Shown here: piece after piece, positions 43,701 to 56,340 of the stretch | How positions within the stretch are numbered: position 1 is the stretch's first letter | Layout: each line of letters begins with the position of its first letter | From: Saccostrea echinata | Lineage: Eukaryota | Reading direction: 5' to 3' | DNA: 64,000 nucleotides | Assembly (NCBI RefSeq): GCF_033153115.1 | Contig: NW_026889800.1 | Coordinates: 6,510,001-6,574,000, forward strand | Notes under the pieces: generated by a model | What the model was told of the DNA's origin: nothing | The model's database searches: none | Seen by the model: only the letters and a program-made list of their open reading frames with translations | Program-made: the position numbers and the translations under genes

Positions 43701-46700
43701 TAGTATCTGGATTTGTCAATGGTGAGTTTACATAGAATCTAAATTTGTCAATGGTGAATTTACATAGTATGTAAATTTGTCAATGGTGAGTATAAATAGT
43801 ATCTGGATTTGTCAATGTTGAGTTTACTTAGTGTCTGAATTTGCCAATGGTGAGTTTATATAGAATCTGGATTTTTCAATGGTGAGTTTACATAGTGTCT
43901 GGATTTGTCAATGTTGAGTTTACATAGTATCTGGATTTGTCAATGGTGAGTTTACATAGTATCTGGATTTGTCAATGGTGAGTTTACATAGATTAGTATG
44001 TAAATTTGTCAATGGCGAGTTTAAATAGAATCTGGATTTGTCAATGGTGAGTTTATACAGTATCTGGATTTGTTAATGGTGAGTTTACATAGTGTCTGGA
44101 TTTTTCAATTGTGAGTTTACATTAGAATCTTGATTTGTGATGGGGGAGTTTACATATCTGGATTTATCAATGATAAGTTTACATAATACATGAGTTTACA
44201 TAATATCTGGATTTGTCAATGGCAAGTTTACTTACACCACATTCATAACATCTGGATTTGTCAGGGTAATCCTTTCTCTTTATAAACTCTGTAGTTCTAC
44301 CATTATCTTTTGCAATGTTGCATTTTATTGTTCTGCCAAACATCTGTATAAAATAAAATTCAAATAACAAGAGGCCCATGGGCCACAATGCTTGTCAAGT
44401 AGCCATGGTTCTTCATCAGCACATTCTTTTTCCAATATATTCTTATATAAAACTTTGATCACGTATTATGGCCCCACCATACCTTCAGGGGTCTTGATTC
44501 AATCTACACTGCCTGAGGACACTTCCATATCATGGCTTTGTTCCTGGGAAAATGATTTTTAAACACTCCTCCTATATATTCCTGAGTTAAACTTTGACCT
44601 CCCAATTCTGTCCCACCTACACCCATGGGTCCTGATTTGACTGCAATCTACACTAACCGAGGATGAATCCTTATAAATATGGCTGATCATGGCTTTGCTG
44701 TTCTTGAGAAGAAGATTTTTATATTTCATGTATATTCCTATGTAAAACTTCCATCCTCTGTTGCATGATTTAAACAAATTTGAATCTACACTACCTGAGG
44801 ATGCTTCTGTATAAATATGACTAATTATGGCTTTGTTGTTCTTGAAAAGAATATTTTTTAAGATATTTCCTTTATATTCCTATGTTAATCTTTGACCCCC
44901 AGTCCTACCCTTAGTGGAACACGATCATGAACAAACTTGAATCTACAGTATGTAATGAAGCTTTCACGTAAGTTTCTTTTTTTCTGGCCCAGTGGTTCTT
45001 AAGAAAAAAATTTTAAAATGTTACCAAATTTTCACAAATTCTTAATTATCTCCTCTTGAAAAAAGGACATGGCACATTTTGTGAACAAAATCAAATCCCT
45101 ATCCACCCAAGAATGCTTTGTACCAAGTTTGGTTGAAATTTGGCCCAGTGATTCTTGAGAAGAAATCGAATATGTTAAGTTTCCAGACAACACACAAGAG
45201 ACAGACAGAAGGATGCCAGATACTTTTGATAAGAAAAGCTCACCTGAGCCTTCAACTCAAGTGAAAAATCCTCCAATATTAGAATTTATGTTTAAGACAT
45301 CTGTTTACAGTGTTATTGGGAAAGTTCAAAAATTTTAGATAACTGTTTCTCCTCCATCCTTACACAGTGTTACAAAATCACATGACAATATACATAAATA
45401 CAAAATATTATTCTTGAGTATTCTAATACTGTACTAAATGACTTTGATGAAAAATATACCACTCAGGTCCTTTTAAATGGGAGAAACTGAAACATTATTC
45501 CCAGAAATGTAGGCTGTTACTTTGGTTACATGGTTAGATCATTTAGAGTAATGTATGCAAACTGTAAGGATGAATAAATACCTCAGTTTTGTTAAGGGCA
45601 CGTACAGCTTTAAAGGCTGAGTCTCTGTCTATAAATAAAATGAATGCTACTCCTTTACTTCTTCGCTCATTGTCCTTTAAAACTGTAACTCTGAAAGACC
45701 AATCAAAATATAGAACATTAAAACTGTAACTCTAAAAGACCAATCAAAATATAGAACATTAAAACTGTTACTCTAAAAGACCAATCAAAATATAGAACAT
45801 TATAAACTGTTACTCTAAAAGACCAATCAAAATATAAAATATTAAAACTGTTACTCTAAAAGACCAATCAAAATATAGAACATTAAAACTGTAACTCTAA
45901 AAGACCAATCAAAATATAGAACATTAAAACTGTAACTCTAAAAGACCAATCAAAATATAGAACATTAAAACTGTAACTCTAAAAGACCAATCAAAATATA
46001 GAACATTAAAACTGTAACTCTAAAAGACCAATCAAAATATAGAACATTAAAACTGTAACTCTAAAAGACCAATCAAAATATAGAACATTAAAACTGTAAC
46101 TCTAAAAAACCAATCAAAATATAGAACATTAAAACTGTAACTCTAAAAGACCAATCAAAATATAGAACATTAAAACCGTAACTCTAAAAGACCAATCAAA
46201 ATATAGAACATTAAAACTGTAACTCTAAAAGACCAATCAAAATATAGAACATTAAAACTGTAACTCTAAAAGACCAATCAAAATATAGAACATTAAAACC
46301 GTAACTCTAAAAGACCAATCAAAATATAAAACATTAAAACTGTAATTCTAAAAGACAAATCAATATATATAGAACATTAAAACTGTAACTCTAAAAGACC
46401 AATCAAAATATAAAACATTAAAACTGTAATTCTAAAAGACAAATCAATATATATAGAACATTAAAACTGTAACTCTAAAAGAATTCAAAATTTGCAAATC
46501 ATTAAACATGTTTTCATTCACAACTGTAAGTTTATTTGTTTTGTCAGTGAGAGGTTTTGCCTGTATTTTAAAGAGAGAGAGCAGGGGTTAAATTTTCCTG
46601 GAATTTAATCCACTAGCCCACTAGCAAAAAATTACTTGCCCAAACCTCAAACTAACTAGCCAAAATTTTTTTTTATATAACATTTGAACGTAACACAGTT

Positions 46701-47406
46701 AAAGTTTCAATGCTATGGTGACAGAAACAAATTTAACTACAATGTAGTTCTCATTCAGAAGAAACCAGTCTATATAGAAAAGTGAAAGTAAAGAGACGAG
46801 AAATTTTTTTTCCGTTCTGCTAGTCCGATGGACTATCATTACATTTAAATAAGTTAGCCCGAGTCTTAAAATGACTAGCCCCGGGCGTTGGTTACTGACT
46901 ATATTTCAACCCCTGGAGAGGCAGGCTGTAAGTGTATGTTTGCTTATCTTGGCTGATTGGGACATCCCTGACTGCAGATAATGAGGTGTGAACTGTGAAC
47001 AATGGTCATGCATGCAATTTGAAGGTTTGAACATGTAGAAGAAGCAGATCAAAGTTACAAGTGTAAGCTGTGTAAAGGTTTTTATGTCTAACTGCGTTCT
47101 ACCAATCAGGGATCGAAATTAGCCAGAAATACTCGCAAAATGCGAGATGATTTTTAAAAAAGCGAGTAAAAATAGTAGACACTCGAAATTTTTAGCGAGT
47201 GGTGATTTTCGACCTCTATTGTCTCGTATCCGTATTTTTCCTGCAATTTGTCTTTTGCTTTTTTGAAACTTTAACACTGATTAAAGCAGCCGTTTTTATC
47301 TCTCTTTTTCTATTACCAGGCCCGTAGGAAGCAATTTCACTTTGAGGGGGCACAAACACACATTTTCAGTTGGGGGGGAACTATTAACTACCAAATTTCC
47401 TTGACA

Positions 47407-47438
<32 letters not shown>

Positions 47439-50400
47439 CGTTTTTATTGAGGGGGCACAAGCATATAGTAGCTACGTTTTCTATAGTATTCTATATATCG
47501 GCAAAATTATTGGGGGGGCATGGCCCCCCGTGCCCCCCGGTTCCTACGGCTATGATTATATTCATATAAGAACATCAGAATCAAACAAACGCTTTAAAGG
47601 TCACAGAAATAAGATGAAGCCTTAAAAAAATCAAGTTTGTTTCCTGTAACCCGACCCATTCAAATTGACCCCAGGTAGATTTTTTTTCTGCCAAATCTCA
47701 ATCAGCTGATTCAATTCATTCATTTTTTTTTAAATTCTAGCTTTATTTGAGATATAAATTATGTCAACCTAGTCAACATTTACCTTAAGGAGGTTCGATC
47801 CTGAGCTTTTGAGCAGATTTTGGTCTGGACCTTTATTTATTAAACTCTGCAACATTTTTACAATGCAAATTGAACTATATCCAATGAAAAAACCGCGATT
47901 AAATTCCATTCAAATAAGGTTAAGCCAGGAGCTATACTTTGTGGCAGAATTAAGGTTTTTTAGGAGAAAATGATCAATTTTTCCCTTTTGAAATATATAC
48001 AGTATTGTTAAATTTAGATTCCTATTTTTCCATGCTGGTTGCACACAGAGCTGTTTTTTGCAGTGCATGAAATGTTTTATGCTGGTTCTGAAATATATAT
48101 TAAATAATTTCTTATGAATTCTTTCATTATATTGTGACAAATATAGTAAATATATTCTGAAAGTCCAGGAAAAAAATTAGCCAATTTTAACATAAAATTA
48201 ACACTTTTTTAGAAAAATCAAAAAATTTACATCATGATAGACCCCACTTTTGTTTTCTTTTCTGAATATACAAGATAACTTTGATCAATCTGCCTAAATT
48301 CAGCAAAAGTTTAAGATTTTAAAATAATTTTCTTGCTTGTTAAATTTTTAATGCAAGAAATATCACATTTTTTGAGTGCAGAAAGGTCAAATAATTGATT
48401 ATGCGAAGCAATTTGAAACTTTTTTTAGTCACAATTTTAAAGTGTCTTTTTTTAAATAGACTAATAGTTTATTTTGTCCCATGATTTATTTGGATAAAAA
48501 TATTGGAGGGAAAACATTGAAGATGTGATTTTTGATTAAGACACCAATTTCAGTGCAAATTTTGTCCTGTAATCGATTGTAATCGATTACTTTGGAAGAT
48601 GTAATCGATTAATAATCGAGTACTTTTAAGTTTTTATCCCTTCAAATATCAAAGCAATATTTAAATGGTAAATGTTGATGTTATCCACTGAAGTTTGAAT
48701 GTGTTCCTGCAGTTTCAGTGCAGATTCTTTTAAGGTTTTATTCTGGCTAACATTCTCACTAAATGCCTAATTGAAGGATTCTCTACCATAGAAAGTGGAG
48801 ACATGATTCCTACAATAAAATATGCCACGGAATTAATTATTCCTTTCAACCTTGGATCTGAACCTCCATACTTATTGACTTGTTGCAAAAATTACTTAAT
48901 ATTTTATTTTGAATTACTTCATTAGAAGTATTTGGGCTGCCCATATGTTGACAGTACACATTAAACATTCCTGTACATGTCTCTTGCAAAAAAAAAAAGA
49001 AGTAAATTAGAACTCTTAGTAATAAACTTGTAAATTAAATGTACGTGTCTTCAAGTAATTAAACTAATAGCACAATTTCATTCTGTATTGAAATAAGTGT
49101 TTTGAGAGCTATTAATTGTTTTAGTAATATTGTTTGTCTTCAATGGAACTATCAATTATAAAAGTTAAACACTAGGTAGTTCACAGTTTACACCTTATTA
49201 TCTGCAAATAGGGATGTCTCAGTCAATTAATTAGTCAAAATAAGCAAACACAGTGACACTTACTCCCTCTCTTACAGACACTTATAACCTGTCACTGATA
49301 TGAAAGCAACCTTACAATTTTGAACGAAAACATGAGAATGATTTTGCAAATTTTAAAGTTACTAAAACTCAAGTTTGAAGTTGTTTAAACATTTTCAGAT
49401 ATGAAAAGTATTTCCATCTTCTTTTTTTCTGAGTACAATGTAGTTTATTTACCAAATTATTTATATTAAATACAGCACTTAAATCTGTTTTTGCTATTTA
49501 TAATTTTCTATTACAAGACAAAGTTTTTCAACATCTTAAATATGAAAAAGGACATGCAGCAAGAGGACAGTGGGTCAAATGTAAAATGCACACAAAAAAT
49601 CTATATATTTTATTAATAAATGGTTGAAATACACTCCTGAATTATTTAATACTAGACCAGAAGGTCTATAATGCAAATTTTTTTGAGAACATTATTAAAC
49701 TTATGATAATAAAAGTTAGGAAATCCAAACATTACACTAGGTGGTTTAAATTTGATATTAATGTGTGACTGACTAGAAATAATTCTCCAAAATAACATCC
49801 ATTTATGTATTAAATAATCGAAAGTAATCGAAAAAGTAATTATAATTACATTGAAAATTTTAGCCGTAATCGATTAAATTACGATTACAAGTAATCGAAA
49901 ATCTCTTCGATTACAGATTACTGTTGATTACTTGACAAAAAGTAATCATTACAATTGATTACGATTACTCGATTACGATTACCCCATCCCTGGTGCAAAA
50001 AGGTCATATTAAATGTACTGTAGCACCAAAAGAAGCATATTGACCCCCATTTTTTGTTTTGATTTTTAATTAAGCTATGTGTTTAGAAACTAAAAATATA
50101 CTTGACAAAAAAAGTTTAAGACTTTAAATATCAGGATCCAACCTCATTAAATAAAAAGAGTAATCATTATTATAACATCAAGCTTTTCTCCGACAACTTT
50201 TTGAAGTTCGTTTTCTGTCGCTAAAAATCCATGTTGTGTGCCTGCTGTAAATATCACACCAAGTCATTTCAGTCCGGGATGTTTGACCCCTTTATTCATT
50301 GACACAAAGAAAATTCAGACCTACCCACCCTTGATTTTTGGGAATGTTACAGGAAACAAATATAATTTTTTTTTAGGTCAGATTACCCTTTTTAAACAAA

Positions 50401-51792
50401 TGAAAAAGGCATTTAATCATTCTTTTAATTTTAGCTTGTAGATCTTCATTTTAGCCTGTGGATTTTATATGTACAGGCTAAAATTAGCCTGTGGATTTAA
50501 AAGTTAATTTCGATTCATGCCATTATATATTTTTTTGTATAACTGCCTGAAGAGCCTAACATGGCGAAAGCGCTTGCAGTAAATATTTTGTGATTTTTTT
50601 TTTCCATTTTTATTTTTAATACACCCAACAAAACTGTACTGGTTCTTCTTTTTGTTTTTGAAATTATATATATACAACATACAATATGTATATGGCGCTA
50701 AAGGTCTTTAGAGAGCGAAAGGCCTCTGTGCAAATCGTCAATAAAGTGAAGGGTCTCATTATCGTAAAAATGACATGACACTAACTATAACAATCTCTTC
50801 CTTTGAGGTACTGTATGTTACTGTATGTCTATCATTTTCAATTCAACAAAACTGGGAAAAGTGTGAGGAACGAGGGAACGACTTTACTTTACCGGTCCCC
50901 AGAAAAACGCGCTAAAATATAGTGTCGCCGTAGGCGACTTCAATATATATGAGATCGCGTGAGCGATCGAAAAAAATAAAAAATATGAGGTTTTAAGCCT
51001 TTTTGACCCCAAATTCGAATTCTACGGTTAAAAGTTTAGTTTAAAACTTCGTTTATAAACGAAGTTTTTAACCTCGTTTTCTGAAAAAAAGTAATAAATG
51101 TTGTTTATTCAGTGAAAAGGAGACAAAAAATAATTGTGAACGAAGCGCGTGCGGCGCATGCTTAGTGCCGTTTCTTTCGTACTTAGCCATTTTTTTCATG
51201 TAAACAAACCAACGAGATGTCGTTGAAGCTGAATTAAGATCTTGCAAAAAATACAGATGCAACTGAATTTCTTAATTAATCTAAAAGAACAAGACACTAA
51301 CCCTAATCTCTCGGATGGTATGCGAGGACTAACCCTAATCTCTCGGATGGTATGCGAGGACTAACCCAAATCTCCCAGGCGGATGCTAGACCATGCTAGA
51401 CTAACCCATGTGCGAGGACTAACCCTAATCTCTGGGATATATGCGAGACTAACCCTAATCAGTCGAAAACTTATGCAAGGACTAACCCTAATCTTTCAGG
51501 TGGATGCAAGACTAACCCTAACCAGTCGAAAAATGTGCAAAACCAACCCTAATCAGTTGAGTGACGTAAATCTTACGTCATAGTGCAATGAGCGCGCGGA
51601 TCTTGCGGATCTGGGGACCGGTAAAGTAAAGTCTACCCGGAACGAGAAATCCAAGCAACATCTATAACAGAATACTCACTTGGCTACTCTCCCATATTTC
51701 TCGAAGATTTTATGGATATCATTATTTGTTAAGGAAAAAGGCAAATTGCCCACGTACACAGTACTTTTACTTGGGGCTAGTCCGCCACTCAT
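40760..51792 (-). CDS. ZCRB1: Zinc finger CCHC-type and RNA-binding motif protein 1 (U11/U12 snRNP 31K), 216 aa; exons 51792-51680, 45690-45582, 44343-44236, 42878-42772, 41965-41890, 40897-40760
   Basis: [25 protein letters not shown] (RRM), [35 protein letters not shown] zinc knuckle, [16 protein letters not shown]; all junctions GT-AG and in phase. Confidence 0.95.
41250..41913 (-). repeat. ~39-bp minisatellite duplicating the ZCRB1 exon 5 end plus donor (~16 copies)
   Basis: Unit CTGTCAGTAGCCATTAAATATCAG|GTACACATGTACTAA on the gene strand. Confidence 0.95.
43120..44265 (-). repeat. ~32-bp minisatellite derived from the ZCRB1 exon 3 end and donor region (~30+ copies)
   Basis: Unit TGACAAATCCAGATACTATGTAAACTCACCAT shares TGACAAATCCAGAT with exon codons PDKSRC. 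Confidence 0.9.
44366..45267 (+). mobile_element. Degenerate HINE / Cg170-like satellite element in ZCRB1 intron 2
   Basis: Homologous to 9288-10597 (AACAAGAGGCCC start, ~166-bp units, AGAAAAGCTCAC end). Confidence 0.8.
45679..46481 (-). repeat. 41-bp homogeneous minisatellite duplicating the ZCRB1 exon 2 acceptor (~19 copies)
   Basis: Unit AATGTTCTATATTTTGATTGGTCTTTTAG|AGTTACAGTTTT on the gene strand. Confidence 0.95.
47107..50519. mobile_element. Nested cluster of non-autonomous DNA transposons in ZCRB1 intron 1
   Basis: Paired inverted termini at ~47107/50519, ~47622/50378 and ~47788/50146; inner (TAATCGATTA)-rich element ~48570-49992. Confidence 0.6.
50875..51638. mobile_element. Non-autonomous TIR element with 8-bp TSD and an internal ~32-bp repeat containing TAACCCTA
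   Basis: TIR core GACTTTACTTTACCGGTCCCCAGA; TSD GGAACGAG at 50867-50874 and 51639-51646. Confidence 0.85.
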
Positions 51793-53483
51793 TTACTCCA
51801 AATTATGAAAACAAGAAATGAAGCTAGTTTCACTGAAATTTCAAGCAGGATGTAATCTTTCCTCTATAAAATAAAAATCTATCGGGGTTTGGAATTCCGG
51901 ACTACGACGACTCAGGAAAAAAAAATCTTTTAATGATTTGCTTTATTTGTATGCCTAAAGACCTTTCGTTGTTTCAATTCTTTTTCCTTCTTTTTTCTTT
52001 ATCAAAATGCCAAATACTTGGGATATAAAGAAATACATTAATCTGCAATCTGGAATCACGAACCCGATCCTGATCGACATGCGACACCTTGAAATCCAGT
52101 CAAAGCGCCCCCTAAGAAAACCGGCCCGGTCAAAGTGTCCCAGATTTTGGTCAAAGCGGCCTAGTCATGATTTGCTCTTTTTAGAAGCGTTGTTTTAATT
52201 TCTAAATTTTTAAGTTATTTGTGCATAAATAATTTTAGAGAGTGTTACTTTTATCTATTTGTTATGGTGTTCTGCAGGTTTCATGCATTTCACTCGGCCC
52301 AATAAATCAACATTAAGTCATTTTCTGTCTAAATATATTATTTCAAAAGATGCATTGGCAATGGAATTCAAACAAACAGAAGCACGGAAGAGGGGGGGGG
52401 GGGGTGTCTTTTACCGTGTATCGCATTGGTTCAAAGAGGGATTTAAATGTACTTTCAATAAAAAAACATGTTTAGTGTAAGTACATGTATTCAACATAGT
52501 GTGCCACTCCTGCATATACATAGCTCTGGCCCTTTGTGCGAACTCTCTTTAAAATAAAGATACATTTCCAGCACCTTCATTTTCAGTATCCAAACATATT
52601 AGAAATCATACTTATACAGCAAAATTCTTACCTCTGTTGCCCATTTTCCCTTGGTTTTTCCAAGTGGCAACATCATTTACATATATACTGACGTGTTTCT
52701 TTTCATCTTAGTTCAGTCAGAGGTTAATCAAAATTTTCCACATGCTTTATTAATATTTTTTCTATAATTTAATTGTTTGTGCATGTAGTATTTGTCATGA
52801 ATCCTGTGCGCGGATATAAGGGGTGGGGTGCCCCCCCCTTCTGGAAATTGCAGTTATTTAATGTATATACTAGTCTAGAGCACTGTAACAAAAAGTGACG
52901 ATGTTGATGTCTATATATGACTTTACTTTTCAGAACTGATCAGTTTACCTTCCGTGACTTTATGATGGCATCATTTAAAGAATTTCTAACGAAAATAAAG
53001 TGACAACATCAGTAGCAAAATGTGAGTCACTTCAGAAAAAATAGTCCAAATTAGTGTAAAAAGACATGTAGTACATAATTACATGTAGTACTACAAGTTT
53101 TGCATTTGTAGCTCTATGTCTTGCCAACTATTTTTTTCCAACAAGTTCTGCAACTAAGTTGATTCAAAAGATGTTAATCAGAAAGCACATCAGTTTGAAT
53201 GGGTTTTTTCAGTTCATTCACGCAAGTCATCTATTAGGTCTTACCAGGGAAGTACATGTATATACTGTCATCCCTGGTCTTTCACATTTCATTTTCTTTA
53301 AGTAATCGGTTATCCTCAATGTCAACTTGCACCTTTAGATCTTACACGTTCAAAATACTTTGAACATAAATCGCTCATCCAGACACACAGATTATTGGTC
53401 GCTCTTTGGGCACATTCGGGATAATTCTGCCAAGGAGACATTAAATTCCCGATGGATATATTCATCAAAGACGCTCTTAACCC

Positions 53484-53563
53484 CATCGTCGCAAGCCACG
53501 GGTTTTGTGTCCATTCTATTTCCACAAACAGAATGGACACAAAACCCGTGGCTTGCGACGATG
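53484..53563. repeat. Perfect 34-bp inverted repeat with a 12-nt loop
   Basis: CATCGTCGCAAGCCACGGGTTTTGTGTCCATTCT and its exact reverse complement. Confidence 0.9.
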
Positions 53564-53679
53564 TTTCAAATGAGGGTACATGTACATAGAAACACAAACA
53601 ATTGAATCCAATTTCTTAAAATTGTGAAATTTCATTGAAGTCTCTAAAATACCAGTAACTTCTTTTGTTTCACTTTAAA

Positions 53680-54090
53680 TACAGTCAAACCTCATTATCT
53701 GGAACTTGATGGGACTCAGGAAAACTTCGAGATATCTGAGGATTCGAGATTTCAGGGGTAACCGTAAAATACTTGGAAGAATAAGGGGTTGGGACTTCCA
53801 AATCACTTCAACATATCCATGGTATTCGAGATATCGAAGTTCAACTGTACATTAAATTTATGTTCTGATCAACTTATTTTAAAGATAACAATTGTATTTG
53901 AAATGTAATGTTCAGTAGAACATGGGTATCCCGAACACTGATATCTCGAATACCATGGATATGTTGAACTGATTTGGAAGTCCCAACCACTTATCCTTTA
54001 AGTATTTTTCCCTCCATATCTCGAATCCTCGGATATCGCAATTTTTTTTCTCGGTCCCGTTGAGTTCGAGATAACGAGGTTTGACTGTAC
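53680..54090. mobile_element. Two inverted Tc1/mariner(pogo)-like MITEs (third copy at 55432-55610)
   Basis: TA-CAGT...ACTG-TA termini, ~170-bp shared sequence. Confidence 0.75.
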
Positions 54091-56056
54091 TTCTCTCCTT
54101 CTTCATTGTAGCTGCTGTTTATACCACTCACTGTAAGTTACGGACCAAAGTCAACACCCGAAGGACGAGGCTTGGATGAAGTATAAGTATTCTAATAGAA
54201 TTGTGTACATGTTGATTGTGTGCTTTTCTGAAGTGAAAAATTGAAATTGTTTAGACTAATCTTTCTTCAACATTTAAATTTTGACAAATTAATTTGGAAA
54301 CAAAAATTTCCTCAGGTAAATCATTATGATTGGCATTTGTACAATTCTATTTCAAGGATGCAGTGGAACAAGACAACATCCCTAGGAACATGATATGTGC
54401 TTGCTATTAGAGACAATTAAAGGCCACAATGTCCACTGCACAAGTTCAGCAACTGAAAAACCTGTAGTCAGCATTTTTAGAGTACCACATATTTCATTCA
54501 TGTGGACATATACCTTCATTCATTATAAAATACAGCAAGATGGAGGACAGTTTTCCCATCCTGGTTTCCCAAAGATCCAGGTAAGGGAACATTTCTGCTG
54601 ATCGAAACAAAAGAAATTTGCCCTAGCTGGAGCATATAGAAAATATTGAGAGGTATAGTCTACAGGTTCAATTAAAAGAGTAACTGGTCTTTCTGCCAAA
54701 ATCACTGTGACAGTTGGAAAGACTCTGCGTGGAGACAGTTTTAGTGTCTCTGTGTAGGCAGCAAAGAATTCCAACCCTATTCTTATTTCCCAATTCCACC
54801 TTCCAAGATTGACAAGCCACCAATCTGAAGAGCACATAAAGGAAACCAGCCTCCACTTGCTGATCTGCATATTATGGCTCCTATTCTTCCTCACAGTGCA
54901 CAGCTAATTACAACCCTGGAATGCTTAGGACAGAAATGACAGTACACAGCTAATTACAACCCTGGAATGCTTAGGACAGAAATGTTGTCATTTTACAGTT
55001 TAAAGACTTGGTCAGAAAAATAAAACTCCAGCTGACATAATGTAAATGTAAATGTGACAGAATGAAATTTAATTGATATATAATTTCAATCAATTAAACT
55101 ATTATGATATGAATTCATTTATTAATTATTTGTAACACATGAATTGATTTATGAATATATTTACAGTACTCAGTTGATTAACCTAAGTATTGTCATGTGG
55201 ATATTTTTAACTTTTAAACACTGTAGCAAGTTTTGTATGGGGTACCTATGCTTAATTATGGTCAGATATACAGGGTTTCCGATCTTGTGATTATAATTTT
55301 GGAGGGAATTTTTCTCTTGTGATGTTTAGTTTCCTTACTGTAGTCATTGTTAAAAAGGTATTTTCAGCCAAAATGAATTGTTTTGTGTAATATTCTTCAT
55401 CAGTCAATTGATTTGTAGATGCATATATAATTACAGTTGAACTTTGATATCTTGAACACTGATATTTTGAATACCATGGATATGTTGAACCGATTTGGAA
55501 GACCCAACTGATTATTCTTTTAGTATTTTACCCTCGATATCTCAATTCCTCAGATATCTTGAAGTTTTTTCTAGGTCCTATCGACTTTTAGATAACGAGG
55601 TTTAACTGTATGCATAAATTAATACAAATGTATATGCTTCTATAATAAAAGAAATATCTTGAAACCTTTTTAATTTTATTATAATGGTTGATCATATTGT
55701 ATTTTTTTTTTATCCATGGATAAATTATTTTCATGATGTGATTATAAGAATCTAGTATTAGTTTATTGCCGTACAATCTTCAATTTTACAACTCATGAGT
55801 GGTAAGCATAAATATTTTCTGAATTCATAATAATAATGATAGTATGCAGTGAAAACTGTATCAGTGTATTTATATTATTTATAATTAATCGTATTTTAAA
55901 ATAATAAGCAGATCTAGATAATTTTGAGACACAAAAATATTTTTGAGTCTTGTGTAGAAAGGGAGTTAACTATTATCTTTATTATATTCGAAAATATGCA
56001 CGCAAGAGTTATCTTTCCTACAATTTTGTTTCTCATATGCTTTTACTTTGTAACAG

Positions 56057-56340
56057 TCGCCCGCGTGACGCAGTGTAGAGTCGCGGTGTAAGGAGTTGAT
56101 CCTTACGTCGCGGGTTCGAATCCACTGCGGGACGTGGAGACCGGTCCTTTGGATGAGACCGTATAAACGAGGTCCCGTGTCGTAGTAGGTGTTGGCTCGA
56201 AAAAGATACCTCACTGCTCAATGACCCTAAGTGCCGAGTATATATAGGTATAAATTTGTAACCCTCCACCGGCAAGTGGTGGCCGTCTCCATATGAGTGA
56301 AAAATTCTCGAGCGGGACGTAAAGCAACAAACAAACAAAC
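56057..56340 (+). mobile_element. tRNA-derived SINE, same family as 17855-18201
   Basis: B box GGTTCGAATCC, shared core GGATGAGACC...CCTCACTGCTCAATG, (AAAC)n tail. Confidence 0.8.

Noticed and set aside
51296-51553. Interstitial telomere
   Set aside because: Motifs are single and spaced within a 32-bp unit inside a TIR element, not contiguous TTAGGG
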